The notes beneath the pieces were generated by a model. The model was not told where the DNA came from, did not search any database, and was given only the letters and a program-made list of their open reading frames with translations. Made by a program: the position numbers and the translations under genes. DNA of 64,000 bases from Octopus vulgaris (taxonomy: Eukaryota), in contig OX597833.1 in assembly GCA_951406725.2 (NCBI GenBank), positions 44,392,001 to 44,456,000 on the forward strand. Direction: 5' to 3'. Shown here piece by piece: positions 1 to 12,909 of this stretch (positions are counted from its first letter, which is position 1; every line of letters begins with the position of its first letter).

Positions 1-269
1 ACGGAAACTGAAAGAAGCCCGTCGTATATATGTATATATATATGTGCGTGTGTGTGTTTGTATGTCTGTGTTTGTCCCCTAGCATTGCTTGACAAGCGAT
101 GCTGGTGTGTTTATGTCCCCGTTACTTAGCGGTTCGGCAAAAGAGACCGATAGAATAAAAGTACTGGGCTTACAAAAAAAGAATAAGTCCCGGGGTCGAG
201 TTGCTCGATTAAAGGCGGTGCTCCAGCATGGCCGCAGTCAAATGACTGAAACAAGTAAAAAGAGAAAGA

Positions 270-270
<1 letters not shown>
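1..270 (+). mobile_element. tRNA-derived SINE family 1 (5' truncated by window)
   Basis: Matches 33641-33912. Confidence 0.85.
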
Positions 271-303
<33 letters not shown>

Positions 304-311
304 TATATACA

Positions 312-345
<34 letters not shown>

Positions 346-580
346 ATATATACATATATATTACAGAATCGGATAGGCGTTGACACTTCTCAGCTCATCC
401 GCCCTTTGACGGGTTTCGTTTTTCATCCCGTTTGGTGTCTAAAAACCACTTTACTTACCAAGTCAGGCTTGGTTATGTTGCCGGTTTAGTCGCCGACGGT
501 TCGACCATGCGGCAGGTTGTACTGGGTTACATGTTACCAGTAGCACTCAAAAGTGACCTGACACTAGCTATATGCGTAAG

Positions 581-960
581 TACAAGGGTTGGACAAAATG
601 GAAACACCTAGCATCATAGCATCATAATTTTGAAATATCTATAAAACCGTCAAAAGCTTGTTTATTCTTATGGTTTCTGATTTATTATTAGTGTTGCTTA
701 ATATGTTTTGCTAAAATTGCTGTTTCTTTTCGGATATCATCAGAAAAAGGTAGTTAAAATTCATTAAAATGACAGACCTTTCAAAGAGGTCAAATTGTTG
801 GTGATTGTATGGCAGGCGCTAGCGTCTTGGAAGCAACCGAAATGTTTGGTGTATCAAGATGTACTGTCTCAAAAGTAATTACATCCTTTGAGAAAGAGGG
901 GAAAACTCCGGAAGAAAATCAACACTTTCAGATAGGGACCGTCGGGCTCTTACGCGAAAA
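581..960 (+). mobile_element. Tc1-like transposon 5' fragment
   Basis: TA-CAAGGGTTGGAC end; RGQIVG..MAGASV..ATEMFGVSR.TVSKV paired-like HTH; matches 43560-43942 (-). Confidence 0.8.
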
Positions 961-1701
961 GTTCAATGAAAGCATTACGTTATTTCAAAGAGGTATTTTG
1001 AAAACCTATAAGAATCAGCGAACATAAAAAAATTTATTTATTTTCATAGAAACGACATCAACATTGCTGTATGTATTGGTATGAAGAAAAATTCTGCAAA
1101 TATCTGACACAGGATAATGAAAAACTGGCACAGTCTGCTCGTTCAATTAACGTGCAAGTGGCTGAGCACTCCACAAACACCGTGTATCCTTAACGTAATG
1201 CTAAGGGAGATTCAGTGTGACACAGAGTATCACACTGACCTCTTGAAATTCTGCCAAAACATTTAGCAACGGAATCACTGTACTTGCTCTCTATTGATAA
1301 TACGAATATGTTTGAATATCTAACTTGTCATTTAGGTGTATGCTTGAGGCTTATGCAGTCATCTGGTGAGAACGGTTTCTTTGTAATGATGTAATGCTTT
1401 CATTGATTAATTAAAGGAATTCCTTGAAACAGCCATCATGAATTGACACTTATACGTCTTTATTACTCATTTATATTATACTCACCCACCCTGGAATCTG
1501 TACTTCGATGGTATTATGGAAAGTACCTTTATGTAAAGTACATGCCTGAACAAACAAGAGCGGATTTATTCAGTATGTTAGATCGTGTTATCTGCATCAG
1601 GTGGGGAAAAAATTCTGCGTAGAGTCTAATACTCACCTGATATTGTCATTCTAACCAGGTGGCTCAATTTAAGTACCTAATTCAACTGAATCTAAGTTAG
1701 C

Positions 1702-1764
<63 letters not shown>

Positions 1765-1941
1765 GAAAACAAGAGAAGGTAGAAAATGCTAAAATAATTT
1801 CATCATTAAATAGATTTTGTAACGGTTAATACCAGTTTTTGTCTTTTCGACTTATTCAATTAAAAGTAAAACAAAGCTGGATATTAATTAAGAAGAAACA
1901 CAATTAAGCTGAAGAAAAAATGACTTAAATGTCTTGTATAT

Positions 1942-1997
<56 letters not shown>

Positions 1998-2029
1998 AGG
2001 AGATGTGGAACACGAGGTGTGATATATAA

Positions 2030-2742
2030 AAAAAGGAAATGAAGAAAATGCTGACAAAATAATTTAAGTAAGGGAGAGTGTATTTAATTAGGTGAAAGTT
2101 CTTTTTTTAAACAAAAAAAGAGAAAAATTGGGTTAGAATACAATTTTCATTTTTTGTGAATGACTTCAGTGTATAAGAAAAAAGTAAGAGTCTTTTACAG
2201 TGTTCTGTTTCAGAATAAGATATTTAGTAAAAGCGTGTAATATACAGTTTTTTGTGGAAAAGTTCAATGTCAGATTTCAGTGTAGAATAAAGAAAGTAAG
2301 TGATTACCGGTTGCGCATTTGTTATGCTTATCAAAAGATATTTTGAGTGAGATAGAGTTCCTTTCTGATTGATTTTTTTCTCTTATCTGTAGAAAAAAAT
2401 CTGGAGAAAAATATCAATCAGAAAGGAACTCTATCTCACTCAAAATATCTTTTGATAAGCATAACAAATGCGCAACCGGTAAATACTTACTTTCTTTATT
2501 CTACACTGAAATCTGACATTGAACTTTTCCACAAAAAACTGTATATTACACGCTTTTACTAAATATCTTATTCTGAAACAGAACACTGTAAAAGACTCTT
2601 ACTTTTTTTCTTATACACTGAAATCATTCACAAAAAATGAACATTGCCAATTTTTCTCTTTTTTTGTTTAAAAAAAGAACTTTCACCTAATTAAATACAC
2701 TCTCCCTTACTTAAATTATTTTGTCAGCATTTTCTTCATTTC

Positions 2743-2746
<4 letters not shown>
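2030..2746. repeat. Large near-perfect inverted repeat (~350-bp arms, ~25-bp spacer)
   Basis: 2030-2380 is the reverse complement of 2404-2746; flanked by (TA)n. Confidence 0.95.
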
Positions 2747-2781
<35 letters not shown>

Positions 2782-3216
2782 GCATTGAGGTAAAATTCGC
2801 AAACATGTTAAATATCTTACTGTAGCGTTTTTCTCTTAGATTTTTAGTCTAGTGTGAATTTCATTTTCCATTTTCTTCAATTCTTTTTCTGTTCGCTATA
2901 ATCAAGTGCAGTTATAGAAGTAGTAATAATACGAATTCATATGGCATAGCTTTGCTTATGAATTCTCAAAACCGAACAAACAATCAAGCACTGTGTGAAA
3001 AAGTTCTCTGAAGAAAGAAAGCATCTTAAAAATTTCCAATTACCTCAATAAGATGTAAGTAGAGAAAAGGTATGGTCAATCGCAGAATACCTAAGCAAAC
3101 TGCTTTAAACATGGAAACTGGTGTAAATAAACTAAGGCAACTCTTATTACGGTAAATATTATTTTGTACGCTTATGAATTTGTGTTGTAAGATTCTTGAA
3201 ACCGTGCGTTGAAACA

Positions 3217-3298
3217 TATTATTGTATTTCGGGATGGTCGATCATTTTTTCTTTGGTCTTTTTCGGCAAAACAGATGACTTTCCCGAAATACAATATT
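3217..3298. mobile_element. Tiny MITE-like inverted repeat
   Basis: tattgtatttcggga / tcccgaaatacaata; absent from homologous 16080-16230. Confidence 0.55.
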
Positions 3299-3394
3299 AT
3301 TTTGTAGTTATTCTTTAATTATCCATACAAAATAAAGGTGGTAGTGTGTGTTCCACAATGAAAATATAGATTATACTTTTACTTTCTATGCTAC

Positions 3395-3466
<72 letters not shown>

Positions 3467-3840
3467 TATCATCAGTGTTGTTGTTGTTGTTATTATTTGT
3501 CTTTGCACACTTCTAACGCTAGCTCTTCACTACCAGTGCACTAAGGTAACACCCCTTATTTTTCGAGTACCATCTGCAAGTGCTCCACACTTATTGCAGC
3601 CCCAATTTGTCCCAAGTACTTCTCAAAATTTTTACTCACTGTTCCCAGGTCTTCTTTTTCAGCGACCACAACTACTTCACCTCCCAAGCTAACCTGTCAT
3701 ATCTATCGACTTTTCTTTGTTCCTTATCGCATACCTTGTCAGCTGGGCATGCTATATTTATGATCCAGCATCGTTTGTTTTCTGTCTTAACACTATGTCT
3801 GATATTCGCTATCTCTATAATTATTATTATTGTTGTTGTC

Positions 3841-3902
<62 letters not shown>

Positions 3903-3979
3903 CATTTTGTTGTCGATGAGGATTATGATGATGATGATGATGCTTTTATTATTATCAACATTTTTATTATTATCAGTAA

Positions 3980-4270
3980 AGGCATGTCGGTTAGGGTATT
4001 CGATTTATGATCGGGAACACGTCGTGTCCTTCCGCAAGACACTTTATTTGATGTTGCTCCAGTCCACTCAGCTGGCAAAAGTGAGCAGTACCTGTATTTC
4101 AAAAGGTCAGCCTTGTTACACTCTGTGTCACGCTGAATCTCCCTCTGCACTACGTTATGGATACACGTGTTTGTGCAGTGCTCAGTTACTTGCACGTTAA
4201 TTTAACGAGCAGGCTGTTCCGTTGATCGGATCAAATGGAACCCTCGTCATAGTAATCGACTGTGCTACTT
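3980..4270 (+). mobile_element. Old SINE with family-3-like tail
   Basis: ctctgtgtcacgctgaat...gagcaggctgttccgttgatcggatc tail; similar minus-strand fragment at 1130-1250. Confidence 0.7.
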
Positions 4271-5122
4271 TATTATTATCATGTGTCGGGTATTTGTAGA
4301 ATTTTTCTTGATACCGATACATACAGCCGTGTTAATGTCGTTTCCATGAAAATAAAATTTTTAATGTTCGCTGATTCTCACTGGATTTCAAAGTACTGCT
4401 TGCAACAAGATATTTTGTTTGTTCAGGATAAAGTAGAAACTTTCTTCCAGGAGATTGAGATCAAAATGACGAAATCAATTGTGCCCAATCTCTTTCTTGT
4501 AACAGGAAAGAATTCAATTACAAAATTGCTATTCAGAGTGTCGAAATATACGTAAAACTTAAAGGGACGTCCGAAATAATTCTAATGGTTCTCACTCACT
4601 GCTTGTCATCCAGCTTCTAAACAGAATAAATATAATTCTCAAAGCATACCCGGCTGCTTTGCTTTCTATATTTCGACTTTTATTGTAATATTTCTTATTC
4701 AAGGTTACAATCGTTACGAATGGATAGTGAAACTATTTCATTACTATACATTGGGCTCTACGCCAAATCAATTCATTAATTATTCAGTTTAAAAACGAAA
4801 TAGTTTATTCTCAACCAATTTCATCTGATCCTAAATTTATTATGACAGATTCGAGATATATATTCAGTAGATAAGGTGGTGTTGTATAGTTTCAGATTTA
4901 TAACGGTAGTTTTCCTCAGTTAAGACATTTCAGTAGACTAAGATTATAGATTACCTACATATGAATTTTTGACGAGAATTGTTGATAGCAACGTAGTTCA
5001 TTAATTAATTAGGTGATTAAGTGTGCAAAACAAATATATAGTGGTGAAATGCCCCAAAAGCCATTCGAGACTATCGAAATCTTGAATGAAGTTACATAAC
5101 AACATCTCCGTTTTTGCATCTA

Positions 5123-5159
5123 ATAGATAGATAGGTAGATAGATAGATAGGTAGATAGT

Positions 5160-5251
<92 letters not shown>

Positions 5252-5337
5252 TAGATATAGATACATACATACATACATACATACATACATACATACATAC
5301 ATACATACATACATACATACATACATACATACATACA
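5123..5337. repeat. Compound (GATA)n(GACA)n(CATA)n microsatellite
   Basis: Direct reading; repeated at 5530-5645. Other SSRs: (ATT)n 3395-3460 and 3843-3900, (TA)n 1705, 7097, 10756, 15433, 52090, (CA)n 37999, 54879. Confidence 0.95.
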
Positions 5338-5527
5338 ATCAGGCATTTTTAATACTGAAAAACAAAAGGCAATAACTGTTGAACAACGAACTCACTACAC
5401 AGTATAGATAGAATATTTATTTATTACAAAAGAATTTGAGTTTATTTCGGAGTTTCTCAAAAGATGTTCATCAAATAGCAATCTGTAAAAATAAAGAATT
5501 ACCGACATATAGAGAAACTATACTTAA

Positions 5528-5612
<85 letters not shown>

Positions 5613-5670
5613 TAGATAAATAGATACATACATACATACATACATGTATACATATCTATACATATATATA

Positions 5671-7095
5671 TATGTTCGTTTTTTTAGTGCTTTCAAATCA
5701 AAATTAAGAAATATTGAGCTGACGAAAGAAATGTCGAGTTTTAATTCGACTAATCTAGAAACGTGAGCGTTCTCAAATAATTTTTGTACATGTGATTTTT
5801 TGCTGTTTTCCCTCCATATCTCCGTGAATTATTTTTGAGTAAACACTATCTTGGAGACTTTTCTTAAAGTAGTAGAAATGGCTAAAAAAACTTTTTGGCT
5901 GCTATTTCTAAAAATTTCAGTATGTGGCAAAGTAAATTATTTTACTGAGCCCTAATTACATAACGTAATATTTTGAATAAGCCTTGAATGGTCCTTTTAC
6001 ATACTGAACACTACTTGGTGAAATTAATTAATAATTAATTGATTTCACCCTTAATTATTGATAATACAATTCCTTTCTCCCTGTTCTTTTACTGCGGTTC
6101 TCACCGTTATAATCTGTTTACTCTATAACTCACGTGGATGGAAGCGGGAAGAACATGAATCTTCACTCGTGTGTGTGTATATAGATATACATACATACAT
6201 ACATGTATACATATCTATCTATATATATATATATATGTTCGTTTTTTTAGTGCTTTCAAATCAAAATTAAGAAATATTGAGCTGACGAAAGAAATGTCGA
6301 GTTTTAATTCGACTAATCTAGAAACGTGAGCGTTCTCAAATAATCTTTGCACATGTGATTTTTTGCTGTTTTCCCTCCATATCTCCGTGAATTATTTTTG
6401 AGTAAACACTATCTTGGAGACTTTTCTTAAAGTAGTAGAAATGGCTAAAAAAAACTTTTTGGCTGCTATTTCTAAAAATTTCAGTATGTGGCAAAGTAAA
6501 TTATTTTACTGAGCCCTAATTACATAACGTAATATTTTGAATAAGCCTTGAATGGTCCTTTTACATACTGAACACTACTTGGTGAAATTAATTAATAATT
6601 AATTGATTTCACCCTTAATTATTGATAATACAATTCCTTTCTCCCTGTTCTTTTACTGCGGTTCTCACCGTTATAATCTGTTTACTCTATAACTCACGTG
6701 GATGGAAGCGGGAAGAACATGAATCTTCACTCGTACTGTTTGAGTTTGCTGGCACTGGCAGTTTGGAGATGTTTGTCTGAGGTGATTCATGTCGGACGGG
6801 TATGTTCGGTTTTTTAGTGCTTTCAAATCCAAATTAAGAAATGTTTTGCTGACAAAAGAAATGTCGAGTTTTAATTCGACTAATCTAGAAACGTGAGCGT
6901 TCTCAAATAATCTTTGTACATGTGATTTTTTGCTGTTTTCCCTCCGTATCTACGTGAATTATTTTTGAGTAAACACTATCTGGGAGACTTTTCTTAAAGT
7001 AGTAGAAATGGCTAAAAAAACTTTTTGGCTGCTATTTCTAAAAATTTCAGTATGTGGCAAAGTAAATTATTTTACTGAGCCCTAATTATATAACG

Positions 7096-7097
<2 letters not shown>
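5671..7097. repeat. ~560-bp tandem repeat, 2.5 near-identical copies
   Basis: Units begin tatgttcg..tttttagtgctttcaaatc at ~5671, ~6233, ~6801. Confidence 0.95.
6719..6799 (+). CDS. Candidate orphan signal-peptide exon
   Basis: MNLHSYCLSLLALAVWRCLSEVIHVGR followed by GTATGT donor (phase 0); no downstream exon recognised. Confidence 0.3.
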
Positions 7098-7154
<57 letters not shown>

Positions 7155-7199
7155 GCGGGTATGATTCTTGGCCACTACTTCTGGTCTGATCTGAGGGTA

Positions 7200-8806
7200 G
7201 CCCTTAAAAGGACTGTTATCGCATTGGAACCAAACTTGTATGAGGTGCTCAATAAGGAGGAATTTGGTTGTAATAGGGGATTATTGTATTTCATCTTTCA
7301 ACAGACACTATAGGCTCTCAAATGGATTCGTGTCAGGTAATTTCATACTAATCCCGTACTTCATACCATTCCCACACTTGTGGTATTAGTCTATGGTAGT
7401 ATGTTAACAGCATTTTCGGCGAACCATGTCTTTACCGATTTTGCTGTATGACATGGTGCTGAGTCCTAATTGGAATATCCAAGGTCTGTCTTCATACCAG
7501 TCCAGTAAATATGGTAATAGCCTACTTCTAATTATCTCTGAGTACTTTCTTGGTTCATAGAACCTTCAATTATTTTCAGGCGACTAGTTCCATGTGCAGA
7601 AATTGTCTCCCAAACCATAATCTTCTGTGGAAATTTTAGTGTTTTTTGAAGACAGCCCGGACGAATTTCCACACCAAGCCTCGTTATCAAACTTTACACC
7701 CAATCAACGAGCACTGCTATGATGGATTCATTCGAAATACCACCAGCAACAATTGAAAACCATATCTGATTAATAAGAGGTACAGAATGAATTACTGTTT
7801 TAGTCTATGACCATCAGAAATTAATAGCTATTTTTAAATAAACCTATATAAAGATGGTTTCATGATTGGAATCAATGGTAACATCGTATTTTATCAATAA
7901 TATAATTTATCATGGATACAATACATAAAGACTCTAATCCACTATTTTAGATAGTCTTACCTGTTCTCATTGCTCAGAAGTCCATGCAATATGATTTATA
8001 GCCCATGCATGTTTTTTTCCCCTTGGATGATATGTGTGGAATCCACCTTCCGAAAGTCTGTTGTTAATCGTTCTTCGATGCACAGTGAGGTTCTTTTCCA
8101 TTAATTCGCGGAAAATCTTACTACAAGATGCTCTTCTATTATTGAGAAAAATTCTCTTTATTTTTATATCAATTCTAGGGTTAACCACAGTTACCGACTC
8201 TTGTTGCTATCAAATCCTCGTTCGTTTCCATTTTTGTTTTCTTAATTGCTCTAATTGACTGAGTTGAAACATTTAGTTTCTTTGCAATTTCTCTCTGTTT
8301 GACTGAGATATCCCTCAAATACACTTCTGTTTGTCCAATTTTATGGGGACTAAGATCTCTTTGTTTACCCATCTCGGCTTAGAATTGAAGTAACATGTTG
8401 TTTACACTTTAAGTGCAACTTACTACATGAAGTTGTAACTAATACATTACAGAGTAACTAAAAAAATCATTAGAACACTAACAAGCATCCTACACCGACC
8501 ACTAATTGACTAAAACTGAAGGAAACATGGGCTGCCGCAGCTGGACTGTAGCAGCTGGACTGCAGCAGCTGGACTGCAGCAGCTGGGCTGCATAATGCAA
8601 TTTAGTGTTGTCATACAACAGAAGCTCATTATTGCCAGGTGTCACTAGAAACCCGTATAAGACATAGCTAAAATCCAAGTCACAGAATATACAGTCGTAA
8701 TTACGTGAAAATTAATATGATTTGAACTCATTTATCTCATTTAAATAACCAAACAGGCAAAATATATAGTGTTTTCTAAAAATCCATAATAATGTTTCTA
8801 GTACTG
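7200..8806 (-). mobile_element. Tc1-like transposon with intron-interrupted transposase
   Basis: TA-CAGT end at 8806; MGKQRDLS..KQREIAKKLNVS; VHRRTINNRL; MVWETIS, FQ*DSAPCHTAKSVKTWF. Confidence 0.85.
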
Positions 8807-8841
8807 TATATTATTGATATGATATATTATTATAGTTATTA

Positions 8842-9300
8842 CTAGCAGTATAGCCCGGGATTAAGTTAGGATTATTAAGCTGATCTAGTTTTTATATTTC
8901 AAACCAAAGTAAGTAACATCGACGTCAAATTTGGGCGAAATCCGTTGAAATTGGTAAACTTTTGGCTGAAAATTAGTTGCAGATAACTTGATTGGGAAAT
9001 CCCTTAAGGAATTAGTTTATCGATTTTTTCCACTCATCGATATCTTTTTCGTTTTTGAAGAGCTTAAAACATTCAAAGATCCCATGAGTCCTAAGTAATG
9101 CTGGCATCAAGTTTGAACAAAATACATCAAAATTGGTAAAAGTTATGGTTGAGAATGGGGTGTAGCCAATTTTATTGGCAAATCCTATAAGGAATCGGTT
9201 TATCGATTTTTCTTTTATTTTGATTAAATAGAAAACTCCATAAGAAATCAGTTTATTGATTTTTCACCCCACATAGGTCTTAACCGAACACATTGCTTAT
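8842..9300 (-). mobile_element. Helitron-like non-autonomous element
   Basis: Minus-strand end cccgggctatactgCTAG|T like 38977; internal ~180-bp repeats. Confidence 0.55.
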
Positions 9301-9689
9301 TCAAAAACATCTATATTTATACTTTAAAGTTGGTTTTCACATCCAGCCCAGTTCTGCAGAATCAGTGTCTCGACTGGGGCGCATGGGTTCGGAGTTTGGT
9401 CGGCGAAGACGATCAGGTTGCATGGGCTGGGGACCCTTCCAGCAAGGAAAATAGAATGCCCAAAAGGGTTCCCGATCCTCTCTATCAGAAGCGGTTATGT
9501 TCAGACCGCAACTAAGTCTTAAGTATATATATATATGGGCAACACACACATTCACGTACGTACGTACACTTATTGCATACATGTTTTTTTACGAATACAT
9601 GTATACGTATGTGTTTGGTGGGGTTGCCCTTATATCAACAAAACACTTTTTTCCTCGATGGAAAAAAATAAGCAACAAAAGTCTTAACA

Positions 9690-10745
9690 AAAACTTACTC
9701 GTCACTAGAAGGGGACATAACTCCTGTTTGTAAACAATGGTGATTTCTACGACTTTTAAATTGTTAAAAGTTTTGGTTGATAATTTGATTTTAGTGGTAT
9801 TCGCTGGTGCCTCTCGGAAAAATAAGTAGACGAAAATACAGCTAGGTCTCATCCTATGTTAAATGCATCCGGAAACAGCTGTTGAGCTTATGATACATTT
9901 ATTCCACTTCTCCAAATTTCTCTGTGTAACTTGGACTTGTTTATATATATAAGTTTGCATATTGGAAGCCTATTAGGTAGTCTCACTAGTATAAACAAGC
10001 TTCATACTAAACTGAAATGTTTAACAGCATTAGAACTGTTCTTGACGCCGGGCCCTGTGAAATGCTGCTTGTAGGTTACATACACATACACACATACACA
10101 CATGTACACACACCTGTAAAAATACATTCACGCTCACAAACACACACACACAAGCACACACATAAGCAGAAACAAACACATATATACTCGAATATATATA
10201 TAATTTGGCAAGAAGTAGTACATTATTTTTCTAAATTTCTCCAACAGAAATTGATATCTTCTCATAGAAATAATCAGCTTACGGTAATATACATATATAT
10301 GTACATGAATGACAGCTGTCCATTCGAGATCAAGGCAGACCTTTACTGTTTCCGTAAGTTGATTATTTTTATGAGAAGACTGGTCTTATCCTATGTTAAA
10401 TGCATCAAGAAACAGCTGTTGGGCTTATGATACATTTATTCCACTTCTCCAAATTTCTCTGTCGTTTGTACTCTGTGTAAGTTGGACTTTGTTTGGAAAT
10501 ATTTGACGTGCTCGTCGCAATCTGTCAAAAGTGGATCCTTGATAAAAGATAAAAATGTGCAGCTCCTGTTCATTGAACTGTTTTCACTCAATGTGTTTCA
10601 GAGATTGAGCCCTGGTAAAAAAAATGCATTCTTATTGATACGCCTGAGAAAATTCGGAAATATTGCTCTTACTACAAGCACGTCGAATGCGATGTCTTTT
10701 CTGTTCACCTCTTTTCTGTTCACTTCTTCGAAACTACACCTCTGG
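9690..10745 (-). pseudogene. Scrambled relic of a third unit (diverged downstream segment plus intron-2 fragment)
   Basis: EVNRKDIAFDVLVVR...RAQSLK...DRLRRARQIFP matches 53150-53365; 9965-10085 matches intron 24425-24545; 9845-9940 duplicated at 10380-10490. Confidence 0.5.
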
Positions 10746-10754
10746 TCTACTGCG

Positions 10755-10857
<103 letters not shown>

Positions 10858-11901
10858 AACCGCATCTGTGAAAATAAATATGAAAGACAATACAAAGCGA
10901 GTTAGCTACGTTACATTGAAAATGAAAAATTGACCATTAACATGGACTAAAAATATTAGCAGTTGTTTGCCGACTGACATTGAATAGTGATTCCTGTAGA
11001 GTCTCCAGCTGAGAAATGTATGTAATTAATACTACCACATAGACTCCTCAGTTAAAGTTGACCATGTGTCAGCTGGTGGAGCAAACAAACATCTTGCAAT
11101 GCAAAATATTTGATGTTCTATTGATAAACTTCGTCAGATACTCTTTTGGATGCAAGGATGGTGAGGTAATGAGGGATTGAAACCTTAGATCTCTTCTTCA
11201 ATATGCACTAAACACGTGTCTATAGGAAGTGTATCAACATCTGAGGGAGGGAGTGAGCTTATGCCTACACAAACATTTGATCACTATAAACAAATCATCG
11301 GTATGGTTGTTCGGTAAGAAATTGTCAAATCCGCATCCGTCGTCTTTCAAGACTTCTTCCTTAAGCTTCCTGAGTTAAAGGTCAAAGTAGGTGTCATTTG
11401 TTGAATTACAGATAAAAAAAGAAATCCCCCAAATTAGAAAGCAGCTTGCAACAGTAGTGATTCCTAGTTAATCACATGGTAGAAAATTAAGCAGTTTTGG
11501 TTGAGACTTTGGTGAGGCATTGCACCAAAATAGGCTGCAAAAATACCCTGACGCTCATCTTGATAACTTCATGGAGAAAACGAAGAAGTATCCAGACAAG
11601 CTAAGCGAAAGCTTCAAACATAATATACAGTATTTGAACGTCGCTACCAAGGAGTGAATAACGAAATATGGTAGCAGTCTTTATTTAGGGGCTGATACAT
11701 GAAAATGATATACATTGCAATCGTCAATTGTATAAACAGAAATTTACTAAATTCTTAACTTTGGCCTTAATTGTTGTATAAGCTAAATGTAAATGCATAT
11801 CAAACTTGATTTACGTTGTTTTTGTGTGACCTCAAGTAAATAAAGGCTTGCGCATTTCTTTATCTGATATAGTGACATATCGAAAATATCACTATCCAGG
11901 T

Positions 11902-12044
11902 CAGTGGTTCCCAACCTGAGGTCCGTAAAGGTAGTATTGGGGTCCGTGAACTAAATTCAAGATTTCCTATATCTACATAAGGGTAAGTATATTAAAAGGG
12001 GTCCGTGGAAAACCTCATTTAAATGAACGGGTTGGGAACCACTG
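11902..12044. mobile_element. hAT/Charlie-like MITE
   Basis: TIR CAGTGGTTCCCAACC / GGTTGGGAACCACTG. Confidence 0.75.
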
Positions 12045-12851
12045 TTGAGAACCACAGTGAAAAGGTTTGGAATCTCTGATCCATATTACAAAAGTATGTT
12101 TCGGAGGAAATATCAGTCATTTTTAATTTTCAACAGGAGAAAACAAAACATCCTAGGTCAGCTGCGACTGCATATTAGACTAATGATGAAAGGCCACTAT
12201 TTTGGCTTGTTTTTTTTTATGTACGATTGTATATTTCCTTTTTAAGATGTATAAATGTGTGATTTGATGGAAATTTTGCTGATATATTCAGCATGCCGAG
12301 TGACTCCAAACAATTTATTGTGTTAGTGAAGTGGTACGCTAAAGTTGATAATGATTATAATAATAATGTTTTATTGACCACAGGGACCCAAATGTATTGA
12401 TATATGGACTTAATAAAATAAATACCATAGCGGAAAGAGGTTTATATCAAAGTAAAAGGGCGAGATCAACAAAAACAATAAAGAAATATTGAACACAGAA
12501 TAGTGCGTTCTTTACCTTCAAGGAACCTCTAATATGAGATGGTGGTGCATAACAGCACTCGTATTTATATCTTTAACAGACGATTACCGTCTACTACGGC
12601 CACTGGAACTGCCAGATCACGTGGTTAGCTTAGTGGCAGACATCTAGTAGAAACATAACAGCCGAATCTCCCGTTGAATAAAAGCATTTATCCAAGCACT
12701 AAATAGATGAGAATCGTCCGCTACGGCCGTCTGAACTGCCAGGTCGCGTGGCTGCACCCTCTGTGCTTAATAAACCCACTGGCTATATCAGTGCCCTGAA
12801 TAGACATTGATATTTTATAAAACATTGACTGGAGAATCAGCAGTTATGTCG

Positions 12852-12909
<58 letters not shown>

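Noticed and set aside
1486-1676. Two small minus-strand exon-like segments with GTGAGT donors (1637-1676, 1486-1545)
   Set aside because: Good splice motifs but no compatible open frame across both and no recognisable product; cannot support a gene call
3348-4200. Long hydrophobic ORFs (poly-I/poly-Y)
   Set aside because: Translations of (ATT)n microsatellites plus a SINE
5001-5696. MYVC/IYLS repeat ORFs (also 10482, 15252, 18584)
   Set aside because: Tetra- and dinucleotide microsatellite artefacts
8531-8592. 14-bp gcagctggactgca tandem, superficially CRISPR-like
   Set aside because: No spacers; a minisatellite inside a Tc1 element in eukaryotic DNA
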